A DNA stretch of 64,000 nucleotides, taken from contig JAFGHM010000055.1 of NCBI GenBank assembly GCA_016930135.1, positions 6,335-70,334 on the forward strand, written 5' to 3'. Shown here one piece after another: positions 8,760 to 17,759 of the stretch; positions within the stretch are counted from its first letter, which is position 1; each line of letters begins with the position of its first letter. Source of the DNA: Thermoplasmatota archaeon (GTDB taxonomy: Archaea > Thermoplasmatota > Thermoplasmata > UBA10834). The notes beneath the pieces were generated by a model. The model made no database searches. It was given only the letters and a program-made list of their open reading frames with translations, and had not been told where the DNA came from. The position numbers were made by a program, and so were the translations under genes.

Positions 8760-9605
8760 ATGAGATGCTCGCCAAAGCCCAGAGAGAATGTCACAGCTGC
8801 GAAGCAGGCAGTAGCCGCCTCGTCTGCGGAACATGTGGACCTTTGGATATTGCCTGAGCTGTTCTCGAACCGATACGTTGGCCAGTTCAAAGATCGTGGT
8901 GCTCAGATAGCTCGTCTGCCGGCCCACATGAGTCTTCTGACCGAATTCAAAGAAGTCTCGAAAGAGGCGTGTGCTGCCATTGCCCTTCCATACGCAGAGG
9001 TCCTGGACGACGAGAAGTGCTACAATTCACTCGCGTTGATAGACAAGAACGGGAAGGTTAGAGCCTCATATCGCAAGGTCCATATTCCGGATTCAGAAGG
9101 GTATAGAGAAGACCTATACTTCAAGCCGGGAGACTTGGGGTACGTCGTAGCCAGCCTAGGCGACATCAATATCGGCCTGGGAATATGTTGGGATCAATGG
9201 TTTCCTGAGGTTTCCAGGACTCTGGCCCTCAAGGGCGCCGAGCTGCTGATCTATCCCAGTGCAATAGGTTCCGAGCTGGCAAGGCCTGACTTCGACTCCC
9301 GCCCCGAGTGGGAGCTTGTGATGAGGGCTCAGGCGATAATGAATCGAGTGTTCGTGGCGGCTGTAAACCGCGTCGGCCAAGAGGAGAAGATCAGGTTCTA
9401 TGGAGGTAGCTTCGTTGCCGATCCATGGGGCAGAGTCCTAGGACGCGCGTCCACGAGGAGGCCTGAGACGGTCCTTGTCGAGTTGGACGTTTCGCAGATC
9501 CGAGATGCTCGTTCATTCTTCGGATTCTTCGACACTCGCCAACCGCATACCTACGGAGATCTGGTGAAGCCGAGGAGGGCAGGGCATGACAATGAGAAAC
9601 GCTAG
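8760..9605 (+). CDS. aguB: N-carbamoylputrescine amidohydrolase (nitrilase superfamily); 5' end anomalous
   Basis: Carbon-nitrogen hydrolase fold with the catalytic-Cys motif GLGICWDQWFPE and the ELF...Q region. The conserved N-terminal strand EVFRIALVQ is encoded in frame immediately upstream of ATG 8760, but an in-frame TGA at 8707-8709 blocks it and no ATG/GTG/TTG lies between. An ATG at 8686 lies in another frame. See the findings entry for 8686-8790. Confidence 0.8.
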   Translation: MRCSPKPRENVTAAKQAVAASSAEHVDLWILPELFSNRYVGQFKDRGAQIARLPAHMSLLTEFKEVSKEACAAIALPYAEVLDDEKCYNSLALIDKNGKVRASYRKVHIPDSEGYREDLYFKPGDLGYVVASLGDINIGLGICWDQWFPEVSRTLALKGAELLIYPSAIGSELARPDFDSRPEWELVMRAQAIMNRVFVAAVNRVGQEEKIRFYGGSFVADPWGRVLGRASTRRPETVLVELDVSQIRDARSFFGFFDTRQPHTYGDLVKPRRAGHDNEKR

Positions 9606-10641
9606 CGAGGAAGCACGGCAGACGCCTGCAGGACATGGATTCTCCATGCCAGCGGAATGGAATCCACATGCCGGATGCTTCATCTCCTGGCCATGTAGAG
9701 AGCTAACTTGGCATGGACACTTCGAGAACGCGAAGAGGGCTTACTCCGCGGTCGTCAAGGTGATTGACCGTTTTGATCCCGTGACTGTCCTCGCTGATCG
9801 TCTGACTGCTCAGGAGGCGCGGAGTAGACTTGGCCCAGAAGCCAGGATTGTCGAAGTGGCGCTTGATGATTCGTGGTCAAGGGACAACGGCCCGATCTTC
9901 GTCCGGAATGAAGACAATAGGGTAGCGCTTGTGAACTTCAGGTTCAACGGCTGGGGTCATAAGCAGCCGTGCGAGAAGGACGACATGCTTCCGATCCTGC
10001 TGGCTGAGCGATTGAGGATCAGGCGTTACGATGCACCTATGGTCCTCGAGGGGGGTGCTATAAGCGTTGATGGCGACGGGACATTGCTGACGACCGAACA
10101 GTGCTTGCTCAATGCCAACCGCAATCCCAGCATGTGCCGGGAGGAGATCGAGCAGGCACTCGCCAGCTATCTGGGCATAAGGAAGGTAGTCTGGCTCGCC
10201 AGAGGCTTGGAGGACGACATGACCGACGGACACGTTGATGGTGTCGCCGGGTTTGCGATGCCCCATGTTGTCCTGTCAGCGCACACAGATGATGACTCCG
10301 ACTCGAACTATCGCAACTTGAAGGAGAACCTGGCTCGCCTTGAATCCGCCACTGATGCCAAAGGACGGTCCCTGGAGCTGGTGAGCATGGTCCAGCCGAA
10401 GCCGATATTGGTCGGAGGTGTCTCCATAACGCCCAGCTATGTCAACCTCTACTTCGCCAATGGCGCCGTGGTCTTTCCGACCTACGGGATCCGAGAAGAT
10501 GATATCGCCCGTGAGACCCTCGTCTCTCTGTTTCCTGAGCGCGAGATCGTTGGCGTCAGGTGCGAGCACATCGGTATCGGAGGAGGGGATGTCCACTGCA
10601 TCACCCAGCAGCTACCGACGGGAGAGTCTCTGTACCCTTGA
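9586..10641 (+). CDS. aguA: Agmatine deiminase
   Basis: FSMPAEWNPH, WSRDNGPIF, FNGWG, EGGAISVDGDGTLLTTEQCLLNANRNP, DGHVDG and the catalytic HCITQQ motif. It overlaps the aguB stop by 20 nt. Confidence 0.85.
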   Translation: MTMRNASEEARQTPAGHGFSMPAEWNPHAGCFISWPCRELTWHGHFENAKRAYSAVVKVIDRFDPVTVLADRLTAQEARSRLGPEARIVEVALDDSWSRDNGPIFVRNEDNRVALVNFRFNGWGHKQPCEKDDMLPILLAERLRIRRYDAPMVLEGGAISVDGDGTLLTTEQCLLNANRNPSMCREEIEQALASYLGIRKVVWLARGLEDDMTDGHVDGVAGFAMPHVVLSAHTDDDSDSNYRNLKENLARLESATDAKGRSLELVSMVQPKPILVGGVSITPSYVNLYFANGAVVFPTYGIREDDIARETLVSLFPEREIVGVRCEHIGIGGGDVHCITQQLPTGESLYP

Positions 10642-10801
10642 TGCAGTGTAGCAGCATTGCGAGAGGCAGCTTTGTCATGTTCAAACAGGAATCTTGGATT
10701 CTCCAACCGGGACCCTCAGGACTGGGTCCGTTCCAAGGTGACACGCATGTTCTCGACAAGTTTAAAATGCAGCCGAATCATTCCAGAGGGGGGAGGACAG
10801 C

Positions 10802-11842
10802 GTGGGCCTTGAACGGGATTCAGCTGCGACGGGATTTCACAAAGATAGATGGGCGCGGATTGTATCACTGCTGATTGCATCGTTGGTCATCTGCATGGTT
10901 CTGACGCCGACAGTTTCGACTGCCGGGTCGAAGCCGTCCAAGGAGCGAATGTACGTCGTTGGTGTGGTAGGCGACCCGACAGGCACACATCTGCCGATGA
11001 ACAACCCATACCGTCATCAGTACGACGATGTCGCAGATATGCTCTACGATTGGGATTTGGACAAGTTTCTGATGCTAGGAGATGCGCAGCACGAGAACGG
11101 CCTTCTCGAGGATTATCTGAAGTACTACGACTCGGAGTTCGGGAAGTTGCTGGACATCACGGCCCCCATTCCGGGCAACCACGACTACTACTGGGACTGG
11201 GAGCAGTTCCAGCTGCACGACCATCCGTTCGCCAGCTCCAACGGGTCAGGATACTTCGACTACTTCGGGGAGATCGCACACCCGCCGTTGGGGTTCTACT
11301 CGTTCGACCTGGGCTCTTGGCATATCATCGCGCTGAACTCCGAGATAATCCTGAACTACGATGTCACCGAGGTCGGGAGCCCGGCATACGAGCAGTATGA
11401 GTGGCTCAAGAGCGACCTGGCATCGCATCCCGAGAAGAGATATCCGGGCACGATAGCCATGCTTCACCACCCGCTGTTCACGTGGGAGACACCGGGCGCC
11501 CCCGGCTGGACCAGCCCCGAGCTGGTGCCTTTCTGGGAGCTCCTGTATGCTGCCGGGGTCGATCTCGTGTTCAACGGCCACTCGCACAACTACCAGCGCT
11601 GGGCGCCCCAGGATCCGTACGGCAACTACGATGCGGACGGCATCACCGAGTTCGTCGTTGGCACAGGAGGCTACTACATGAACGAGCTGGGCCACAAGCC
11701 TGTCCCTGAAAACTTCGTCTGGGGGCAGGACAGCGAGTTCGGCGCTCTGAAGTTGATGCTCTTCGACGGAAGCTACAGCTTCGAGTTCTGGTCGATATCC
11801 GGCGAAGTCCTCGACTCGGGATACGACATACCGTGCAACTGA
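10802..11842 (+). CDS. Secreted/membrane-anchored metallophosphoesterase (purple acid phosphatase-like)
   Basis: N-terminal TM/signal (IVSLLIASLVICMVL) followed by the GDAQ..., GNHDYYW and GHSHNYQR metallophosphoesterase motifs. Confidence 0.8.
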   Translation: MGLERDSAATGFHKDRWARIVSLLIASLVICMVLTPTVSTAGSKPSKERMYVVGVVGDPTGTHLPMNNPYRHQYDDVADMLYDWDLDKFLMLGDAQHENGLLEDYLKYYDSEFGKLLDITAPIPGNHDYYWDWEQFQLHDHPFASSNGSGYFDYFGEIAHPPLGFYSFDLGSWHIIALNSEIILNYDVTEVGSPAYEQYEWLKSDLASHPEKRYPGTIAMLHHPLFTWETPGAPGWTSPELVPFWELLYAAGVDLVFNGHSHNYQRWAPQDPYGNYDADGITEFVVGTGGYYMNELGHKPVPENFVWGQDSEFGALKLMLFDGSYSFEFWSISGEVLDSGYDIPCN

Positions 11843-12318
11843 CCACTGCGACCCGACGAGGCATCGGAGGATGTCTCACGCTCAAACCCCGATGAACCCT
11901 TTCCCTTCTCATTTCTTCACGATCAGGCCCTGATTGCTGGCAGATTCCGTGCCAATATCAGCCCGCCCGCATGATATGTGCTCGTTGAAGACCATCTCAC
12001 AGATACGAGGCACGATTCGATTGTTCGGGGCTTCGAGTCATCATCGGTGAAAGCTGTGATTCTGGTTTGCAGGTAGCCGGATGTGAATCGAGATATCTGG
12101 CTATCCTCCAATCAGGAGATCTTGGTACGGAGATGGGAATATCTCTTCTCCTCACCTCGCGAAAGGTCCAGTCCAAAGGGAACGGCACATCGAACCTCAG
12201 CGATTGGCTCTTCCGCGATTAGAGGGTTCTTGGACGGGGATAGATTCTCGTCCTTCCCTCCAATACGGGGCAAACCGATAAATGGCATGTCATCATTCCC
12301 GCCGATTGGTGGCCGGCA

Positions 12319-13755
12319 ATGGCAGTCCTCAGATTCGGGTTCATGGACAGGCGGGAAGAAGACATCATCCACGCGCAGAGCGTCGAATGCCTCGAGAGGC
12401 TCGGCGTTCTCATACACAGCCAGAGCGTGCTTAGGATGCTTCATGAGGCGGGAGCCGAGGTGGACCTCAAGAAGGAGATTGCCAGGATTCCGGAGGAGGT
12501 CGTCAACGGCGCGATCAAGAAGGCTCCCAAGGCCATCACACTAGGTGCCAGGGACCCGAAGCGTGACCTCAAGATCCCTGTCTCGCGCTTTCCCTTCGTC
12601 TCGACCGGAGGGGTCACGGTCTTCATGACGGATTTCGAGACGGGAGAGCGGCGCAAGGCGACGAGCAAGGATCTCGCGGACTTCGCGAGGCTGACCGATG
12701 CGATGGACCCTGTGGACGCGTTCTGGCCGATAGTGACGACATCCGAAGTTCCCGCACATGCACAATTCGCCAATGAACTCTGGGTGTCTTTTCAGAACAC
12801 TACGAAGCACATCCTTGGCTCAGCTGGTTCGGGCACCCTTGGCACGCCAGACGCGAAAACTCAGATCGCTCTCGGGGCTCTCGTCGCGGGCGGCCCGGAG
12901 GAGCTCAGGAAACGGCCACTGTTCTCCGTGCTTAGCTGCATTGTGCCTCCGCTGGTGTTCGAGGCAGGTGCCGTGGAGGCGCAGGTTGAGTACGCGCGTG
13001 CGGGGATACCTATCATATCGATGTCCATGTGCATGGGAGGCATGACCGCCCCAGTAACGCTCGCGGGAACCATCCTCACCCTCAACGTCGAGAATCTAGC
13101 GAGCCTGGTCATCACCCAGGCAGCGGCTCCCGGAGCCTCCCACATATACTGTTCCGAGGCGACGCTCGGCGACGTCGTGACGGGACAGATCGGCTATCGG
13201 GGCCCCGAGGCGCCGATGATATTCGCCGCAGCTGCACAGATGGCCCGCAGGTATGGCCTTCCGAAGATGGCCGGCATACTGGGCATCGATGGAGAGGCCC
13301 CGGGCGTGTCCGTTCCCTTTGGCGAGGTCTCCGCGGTGATGCTCTCAACGATGTCGGGGACTGACCTGTGCTCAGGTGTAGGGGGACTAGACCTCGACAA
13401 GGGATGCTCCCTGGAGCAGGTCGTGATAGACTCCCTGATGTGGGAGGAATACCGCGCGTTCATGAGGGATTTTCCCGTGACGGAGGAGACCGCCGCGCTG
13501 AAGGTCATTGAGAGGGTAGAGCAGGGGAACACCTTCCTCAACGATCTGCACACGGTTCGGAACTTCAGGGGCCAGATGCTCATGAGAACCAAGAAGATGG
13601 AGCTGTATGGGGCTACCATGTCGGACAGGATGGTTGCAGATGCGAAGGATGTGGTGAGAAAGACCCTCAAGGAGCATTCAGTGGAACAGTTGGACAAGGA
13701 CATGCTGGTAAAAGGAAACGAGATTATCAACGCGTATGCGGGATCGCAGAGGTGA
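12319..13755 (+). CDS. MttB-superfamily methyltransferase (trimethylamine/quaternary-amine methyltransferase family), non-pyrrolysine member
   Basis: 478-aa uninterrupted ORF with no internal UAG. It aligns along its whole length to the second copy at 47557-48999 (TAPVTLAGTILTLNVENLASLVITQ vs TAPVTIAGTITQTNAENLASLVITQ). A stop lies upstream in frame, so the start is fixed at 12319. Confidence 0.85.
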   Translation: MAVLRFGFMDRREEDIIHAQSVECLERLGVLIHSQSVLRMLHEAGAEVDLKKEIARIPEEVVNGAIKKAPKAITLGARDPKRDLKIPVSRFPFVSTGGVTVFMTDFETGERRKATSKDLADFARLTDAMDPVDAFWPIVTTSEVPAHAQFANELWVSFQNTTKHILGSAGSGTLGTPDAKTQIALGALVAGGPEELRKRPLFSVLSCIVPPLVFEAGAVEAQVEYARAGIPIISMSMCMGGMTAPVTLAGTILTLNVENLASLVITQAAAPGASHIYCSEATLGDVVTGQIGYRGPEAPMIFAAAAQMARRYGLPKMAGILGIDGEAPGVSVPFGEVSAVMLSTMSGTDLCSGVGGLDLDKGCSLEQVVIDSLMWEEYRAFMRDFPVTEETAALKVIERVEQGNTFLNDLHTVRNFRGQMLMRTKKMELYGATMSDRMVADAKDVVRKTLKEHSVEQLDKDMLVKGNEIINAYAGSQR

Positions 13756-13830
13756 GAAGAGAGATCCGACAGAGATGCATGCATAGGACGTGCATGGGGC
13801 GCCCACTTGGTGACCAACTACAGGAAGTAG

Positions 13831-14175
13831 CAGTTCTTCGAAGACAAGGAATACCACGGCAGCACGATCAGCAAGCACAGTCGGATATATCTGCAGGAGG
13901 ACAACCCTCCAGTGGAGGGCGAGAAACTGACCTTCGGTCACCCTGGGCTATTGGGAATGAAGCGCAAGGACGCAACTAGCAGCTTGGAAGGAGACTACAT
14001 AGATACTGGGATCTACGACGGCAGAGACAACCTGATCGGCTGGATTGAGATATCAGGCACCAGCCATGGGAAGATGCCCAGCGCGAATACCATCCGGTGG
14101 ATCGAGGTCATAGCTACGGTTCTCGGACTACTGCTGACCGTTCGCGGATACGCAGGCGGAAACGGCAAGTGCTGA
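13831..14175 (+). pseudogene. Remnant (C-terminal ~115 codons) of a GAF-like gene whose full-length paralog is at 49210-49842
   Basis: ...EGDYIDTGIYDGRDNLIGWIEISGTSHGKMPSANTIRWIEVIATVLGLLL aligns to GDYIDVWMYDGGGDLIGWLELSKPRNGKMPSSDTVRWIEVIADVCALIV of the 210-aa protein. Homology continues upstream of the GTG at 13912 to the stop at 13828. The N-terminal half is absent. Confidence 0.5.
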
Positions 14176-14380
14176 TAGTCGCCTCTTGAGTGGGGTTGTC
14201 CTTGGCCTTCGGATGCAGGATAGGATCTGTGCCGAATCCCCGGTCTGAAGACGGAGGCGCTTCGGCTTCAGTCACTGTTAGTGCGTAGGCCTTTGCTGTA
14301 CTGATTCCACTGCCCTTCAAGAGGAGGCCGAGTGGACTGGCATCCGGTCTGTTTTCGTCCTTGAGCTGCTCGCAGCAAGA

Positions 14381-14392
14381 TTGATATATAAG
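14381..14392 (+). promoter_or_regulatory. Canonical archaeal TATA box (TTGATATATAAG), with a purine-rich BRE-like stretch upstream, for the ArsR-led operon; predicted leaderless
   Basis: The TATA is centred about 25 nt upstream of ATG 14410 and there is no SD in between. Confidence 0.55.
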
Positions 14393-14409
14393 AATATGCT
14401 TATGGTCTT

Positions 14410-14784
14410 ATGATGCCGAAGAAGTTCCATTGGGAGAAGCTCGGGGAGCGGATGGTCCCCGTCCTCAGGGCTCTGGGCGATCTCAACCGCATGAAGATAA
14501 TCAAGATCCTGGCCTCGAATCCAGAGCACAGTCTCTGCGTTTCGGAGATAGCTGAGATGATAGGCATCACCCAGCCCGCGACATCCCAGCACATCAAGGT
14601 TCTGGGAAACAGCGGCATCCTCGTGCCGAAGCGTGTTCAGAACCGCACATACTACTCAATCAACTCCCAGCAGCTGCGAGAGTACAACGAGATCATCGAC
14701 CACATGTTCAGGATGGCCTTTGTCCGTTGTGAGTATGATGGAGATTGTGACAACTGTCCGATCAGGAAGGATTGCTACGCATGA
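14410..14784 (+). CDS. ArsR/SmtB-family transcriptional regulator with C-terminal Cys4 motif
   Basis: HTH region SLCVSEIAEMIGITQPATSQHIKVLGNSGILV, and a C-terminal CEYDGDCDNCPIRKDC motif. Confidence 0.8.
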   Translation: MMPKKFHWEKLGERMVPVLRALGDLNRMKIIKILASNPEHSLCVSEIAEMIGITQPATSQHIKVLGNSGILVPKRVQNRTYYSINSQQLREYNEIIDHMFRMAFVRCEYDGDCDNCPIRKDCYA

Positions 14785-15383
14785 GTTTTGATGAATGCCG
14801 CGTTCTGGAGGCAGGAGGACCTAGGACAAGATCAAGGGCACGAATCAACTTCCTCGTCGATTTGACCGCTGGGTCTGCGTTCGTGCTTTCAGTCCTCAGT
14901 GGCAAGAGCTACTACATCCATATTGTTGCAGGACTGGCGTTGACTGCCGCTGTCACGGCACACCTGGGTTTGCACTGGAACTGGTTTGCCGCCTTCTCAA
15001 GAAGGCTATCCATTTGGCATGCTCATAGAAGAGTGCGGCAAAGGACGAACGACCTTGTCGATGTCTTCATTGCTGCGATGTTTGTCATCAGCACAGCCTC
15101 CGGCCTTGGCTTGCTCTCTGCTGATTCGGCTGCCCTCGGCAAGATACACGGGCTCAGCGGCTGGATGTTCGTCCTGGGGGCGGCCGTCCACATTGCGCTT
15201 CACAGGAGGTGGGTGGTCTCGATGTTGCGGAGATCGTCGACCAGATCCACTGTGAGCACGGTGCCCCTGCGGCGCACCGCACTTCCTGGGCACGGACCAG
15301 GTCAACTTGAAGGGGGCATAGTAATGCTCTCCAATGCTGGCGAGACCCCGCCAGTTGCAGACTACGGAGGTGAGACATCGTGA
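14772..15383 (+). CDS. His-rich integral membrane protein (DUF4405-like)
   Basis: Has 4 predicted TM helices bearing conserved His residues (HLGLHWNW, HIALHRRW). Its start overlaps the ArsR stop. Confidence 0.55.
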   Translation: MLRMSFDECRVLEAGGPRTRSRARINFLVDLTAGSAFVLSVLSGKSYYIHIVAGLALTAAVTAHLGLHWNWFAAFSRRLSIWHAHRRVRQRTNDLVDVFIAAMFVISTASGLGLLSADSAALGKIHGLSGWMFVLGAAVHIALHRRWVVSMLRRSSTRSTVSTVPLRRTALPGHGPGQLEGGIVMLSNAGETPPVADYGGETS

Positions 15384-15976
15384 AGGAATCGGGCAATTCC
15401 AGGAAGATGGATTTCGAGCGGCCGTCTGCGCTCTTCCGCCTGGAAGACCGGCTGAAGGCCGTGCTGGGCGAGCGCTTCCTGTACAGGCCTTTCTACGAGA
15501 AGAACGGCGGCTTCAGGGGCGATGAGCGAGTGCTTGACTTCGGATGCGGAGGAGGCGTCGGGACAAGGTGCATCTCGAGCCTGTTGACCCATGGCGGGAG
15601 TGTCACAGGGGTCGACGTTTCTTCGTTCATGCTGGAGAGGGCCAGGAAACGCCTCAGAGAGCATGCTAATGCGGCCGTGTTACATGGGGACATCCGCGCA
15701 CTAGACCTGGGAACGGATGCTTTCGACGTGATATCCGAGGTCCACGTCCTGCATGATATCGATTCGAATGAAAGGGCTTCCTACGTCGAGGCTCTCGCCC
15801 TTATTCTGAGGCCTGAAGGTCGAATATGGGTGCTCGAGCCAACGAGACAGAGCCACGGCATGCCGGTGGAGGAGATAAGGGCCTTGATGTCCAGGGCAGG
15901 ACTAGAGGAGGTTCTGCACGAAGCAAACGGCAAGGAATATCGAGGGGTCTTCCGGAGGAAAGGAGAGACCACATGA
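15380..15976 (+). CDS. Class I SAM-dependent methyltransferase
   Basis: Motif I VLDFGCGGGVGT. The ATGA overlaps the preceding gene. Confidence 0.75.
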   Translation: MKESGNSRKMDFERPSALFRLEDRLKAVLGERFLYRPFYEKNGGFRGDERVLDFGCGGGVGTRCISSLLTHGGSVTGVDVSSFMLERARKRLREHANAAVLHGDIRALDLGTDAFDVISEVHVLHDIDSNERASYVEALALILRPEGRIWVLEPTRQSHGMPVEEIRALMSRAGLEEVLHEANGKEYRGVFRRKGETT

Positions 15977-16062
15977 GGTTCCCTGAGAGGGTCGCCTGAG
16001 GGCGTGACTGGTGCAGCGGGCTCTTGAGCATGAGATCTGATTGCAGGATTGAGGGCTCACTT

Positions 16063-16545
16063 CTACTCATCCGCAGTGCGGCGGAGCCGCCGTGCGATTC
16101 CAACTGCTAGATTCATCATTGGCACTCTCTGTGCGTAGAGCCTGTATCGATCCCCGAATCTCTCGGTGATCTGCTTGTCCTCCGACCGGACAAGGAGGTA
16201 GCAGCAGTATGCGGCCACAAGGCTGCTGAACGCGATTATCAGGTTCTGGCCAAAGAAGATATGCGAAATGAACAGAACCATTCCGCCCACGTACATCGGA
16301 TGCCGGACGATGCCGAAGATCCCGCCCTCGACGAGATTGTCTGTTCCCTTCCTGATGAGGGTCAAAGCAGAGAGAACGACCAGCAACGCGCCAATTCCGA
16401 GGAGAATCCATCCCAACAAGATTAGCTCCTCAATGACCGAGCCAATCGTATTCAGGAAGTTGTTGAGCAGAAGGATGTTCAGGAAGAAGATGAACCCCAG
16501 AATGCCCATCAGAACATTGTCCTTCGTTCTCCGATTCATCGTCAT
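16063..16545 (-). CDS. Isoprenylcysteine carboxyl methyltransferase (ICMT)/phospholipid methyltransferase-family membrane protein
   Basis: Multi-TM protein with an RHPMY motif. ATG 16545 has a GGGAGG SD 9-13 nt upstream. The longer ORF runs to a TTG at 16620. Confidence 0.65.
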   Translation of the reverse strand: MTMNRRTKDNVLMGILGFIFFLNILLLNNFLNTIGSVIEELILLGWILLGIGALLVVLSALTLIRKGTDNLVEGGIFGIVRHPMYVGGMVLFISHIFFGQNLIIAFSSLVAAYCCYLLVRSEDKQITERFGDRYRLYAQRVPMMNLAVGIARRLRRTADE

Positions 16546-16647
16546 TCCCGATTCCTCCCTGGAACAGACCCAACGCTTCCAGAGGCCATTATCGCTTTTA
16601 GAGCTTTCCCCTTTGAGCAAGTTTGATCCTTGGCAGCCCTCTTTCAG

Positions 16648-17721
16648 TCACATCGATATGATTCGTAGATGCTCGAAGCTCTCGTACGCTGCGAGGATGA
16701 TCTGGAGGGCGCGGTAGCCATCCTCCCCCGCGATCTCAGGAGCCTCATCATCCCGGACGCTCCGAGCGAAGGAATCTATCTGAAGCCCGAACTGAGCTGG
16801 ATGCGGACGGTCCAAGACTGCGATGTCTCTCTGCCCGTCCTTGTCGAAACAGAATAGCTTGTTGGGATATGGATAGACCCTGAGTGCTCCCTCCGTGCCG
16901 TGTATGCGGAGGCTGACAGGGTGAGGGTCCCAGGCTGGTCCTCCAGCGCTTTCGTATGGGCCCAAGCTGAATATGCCCTCTTCGGGCAGGTCGGAGAAAA
17001 AGGTCCCCTCGTTGCACACGAATTGGCCAATCGCTCCACCTCTGGCTTTCATGGTCAGCAGCTCCGTGGTCGGCGGCTGACCCGCTCTGACTCCGCGCCC
17101 GAACACCCACTCGACCTCACTTGATGTGAACCAACGGAACAGATCTGCAAGATGTATCCCGTGGTCTGTCAGCCCCATTGGGCCCGAGCCAGGCGCTCCA
17201 CTCGGATATATGCCGTATGCTTCGAAGCCCTTGGCCCCGGATCCGCCCACCAAGACCTCGAGGACCAGGGAGACTTCTCCGAGCTGACCTGCATTGATCA
17301 TCTCCTTGGCCTTCCTGCAGGTCGGGAAGAACCTGAACGACTCTCCATAGAACAGTTTGACGCCATTCCGTTGGCACGCATCTATCATCGACCTGGCCCC
17401 GTCGAGGGTCAAGGCCATGGGCTTCTCGACCAGGACGTTCACCCCGGCCTCCGCCACCTGCTCAGTGACCGCAGGAGCGAACCTGGGGCCGGTCGTGACG
17501 CAAGCGATGTCCAGGTCCTCCTTCCTGAGCATGTCCCGGAAATCCTGATAGGGACTGATGCTCCATTGCCTGCAGACGTCACGGCGCAAGTCCTCCCGCA
17601 ACTCCGCCCCTGCCACAGCCTGAGCCTCAGTGGCAGTCCTCATGCCCGGCAGATGGCATACCTGGACGACGTGGCCCAGTCCAATGAATCCCACTTTGAG
17701 TTTGCCCATCTGGTCGTTCAC
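16648..17721 (-). CDS. Gfo/Idh/MocA-family NAD(P)-dependent oxidoreductase
   Basis: N-terminal Rossmann motif KVGFIGLGHV and an EKP motif (VLVEKPMALT). Confidence 0.8.
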   Translation of the reverse strand: MNDQMGKLKVGFIGLGHVVQVCHLPGMRTATEAQAVAGAELREDLRRDVCRQWSISPYQDFRDMLRKEDLDIACVTTGPRFAPAVTEQVAEAGVNVLVEKPMALTLDGARSMIDACQRNGVKLFYGESFRFFPTCRKAKEMINAGQLGEVSLVLEVLVGGSGAKGFEAYGIYPSGAPGSGPMGLTDHGIHLADLFRWFTSSEVEWVFGRGVRAGQPPTTELLTMKARGGAIGQFVCNEGTFFSDLPEEGIFSLGPYESAGGPAWDPHPVSLRIHGTEGALRVYPYPNKLFCFDKDGQRDIAVLDRPHPAQFGLQIDSFARSVRDDEAPEIAGEDGYRALQIILAAYESFEHLRIISM

Positions 17722-17759
17722 CCTTCTGATCGTGCCTTGGACTACAGCCGCAGAACCTC

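Noticed and set aside
12319-13755. In-frame amber (pyrrolysine) codon in the MttB homologs
   Set aside because: Both MttB-family ORFs are continuous with no internal TAG. They are non-Pyl family members.
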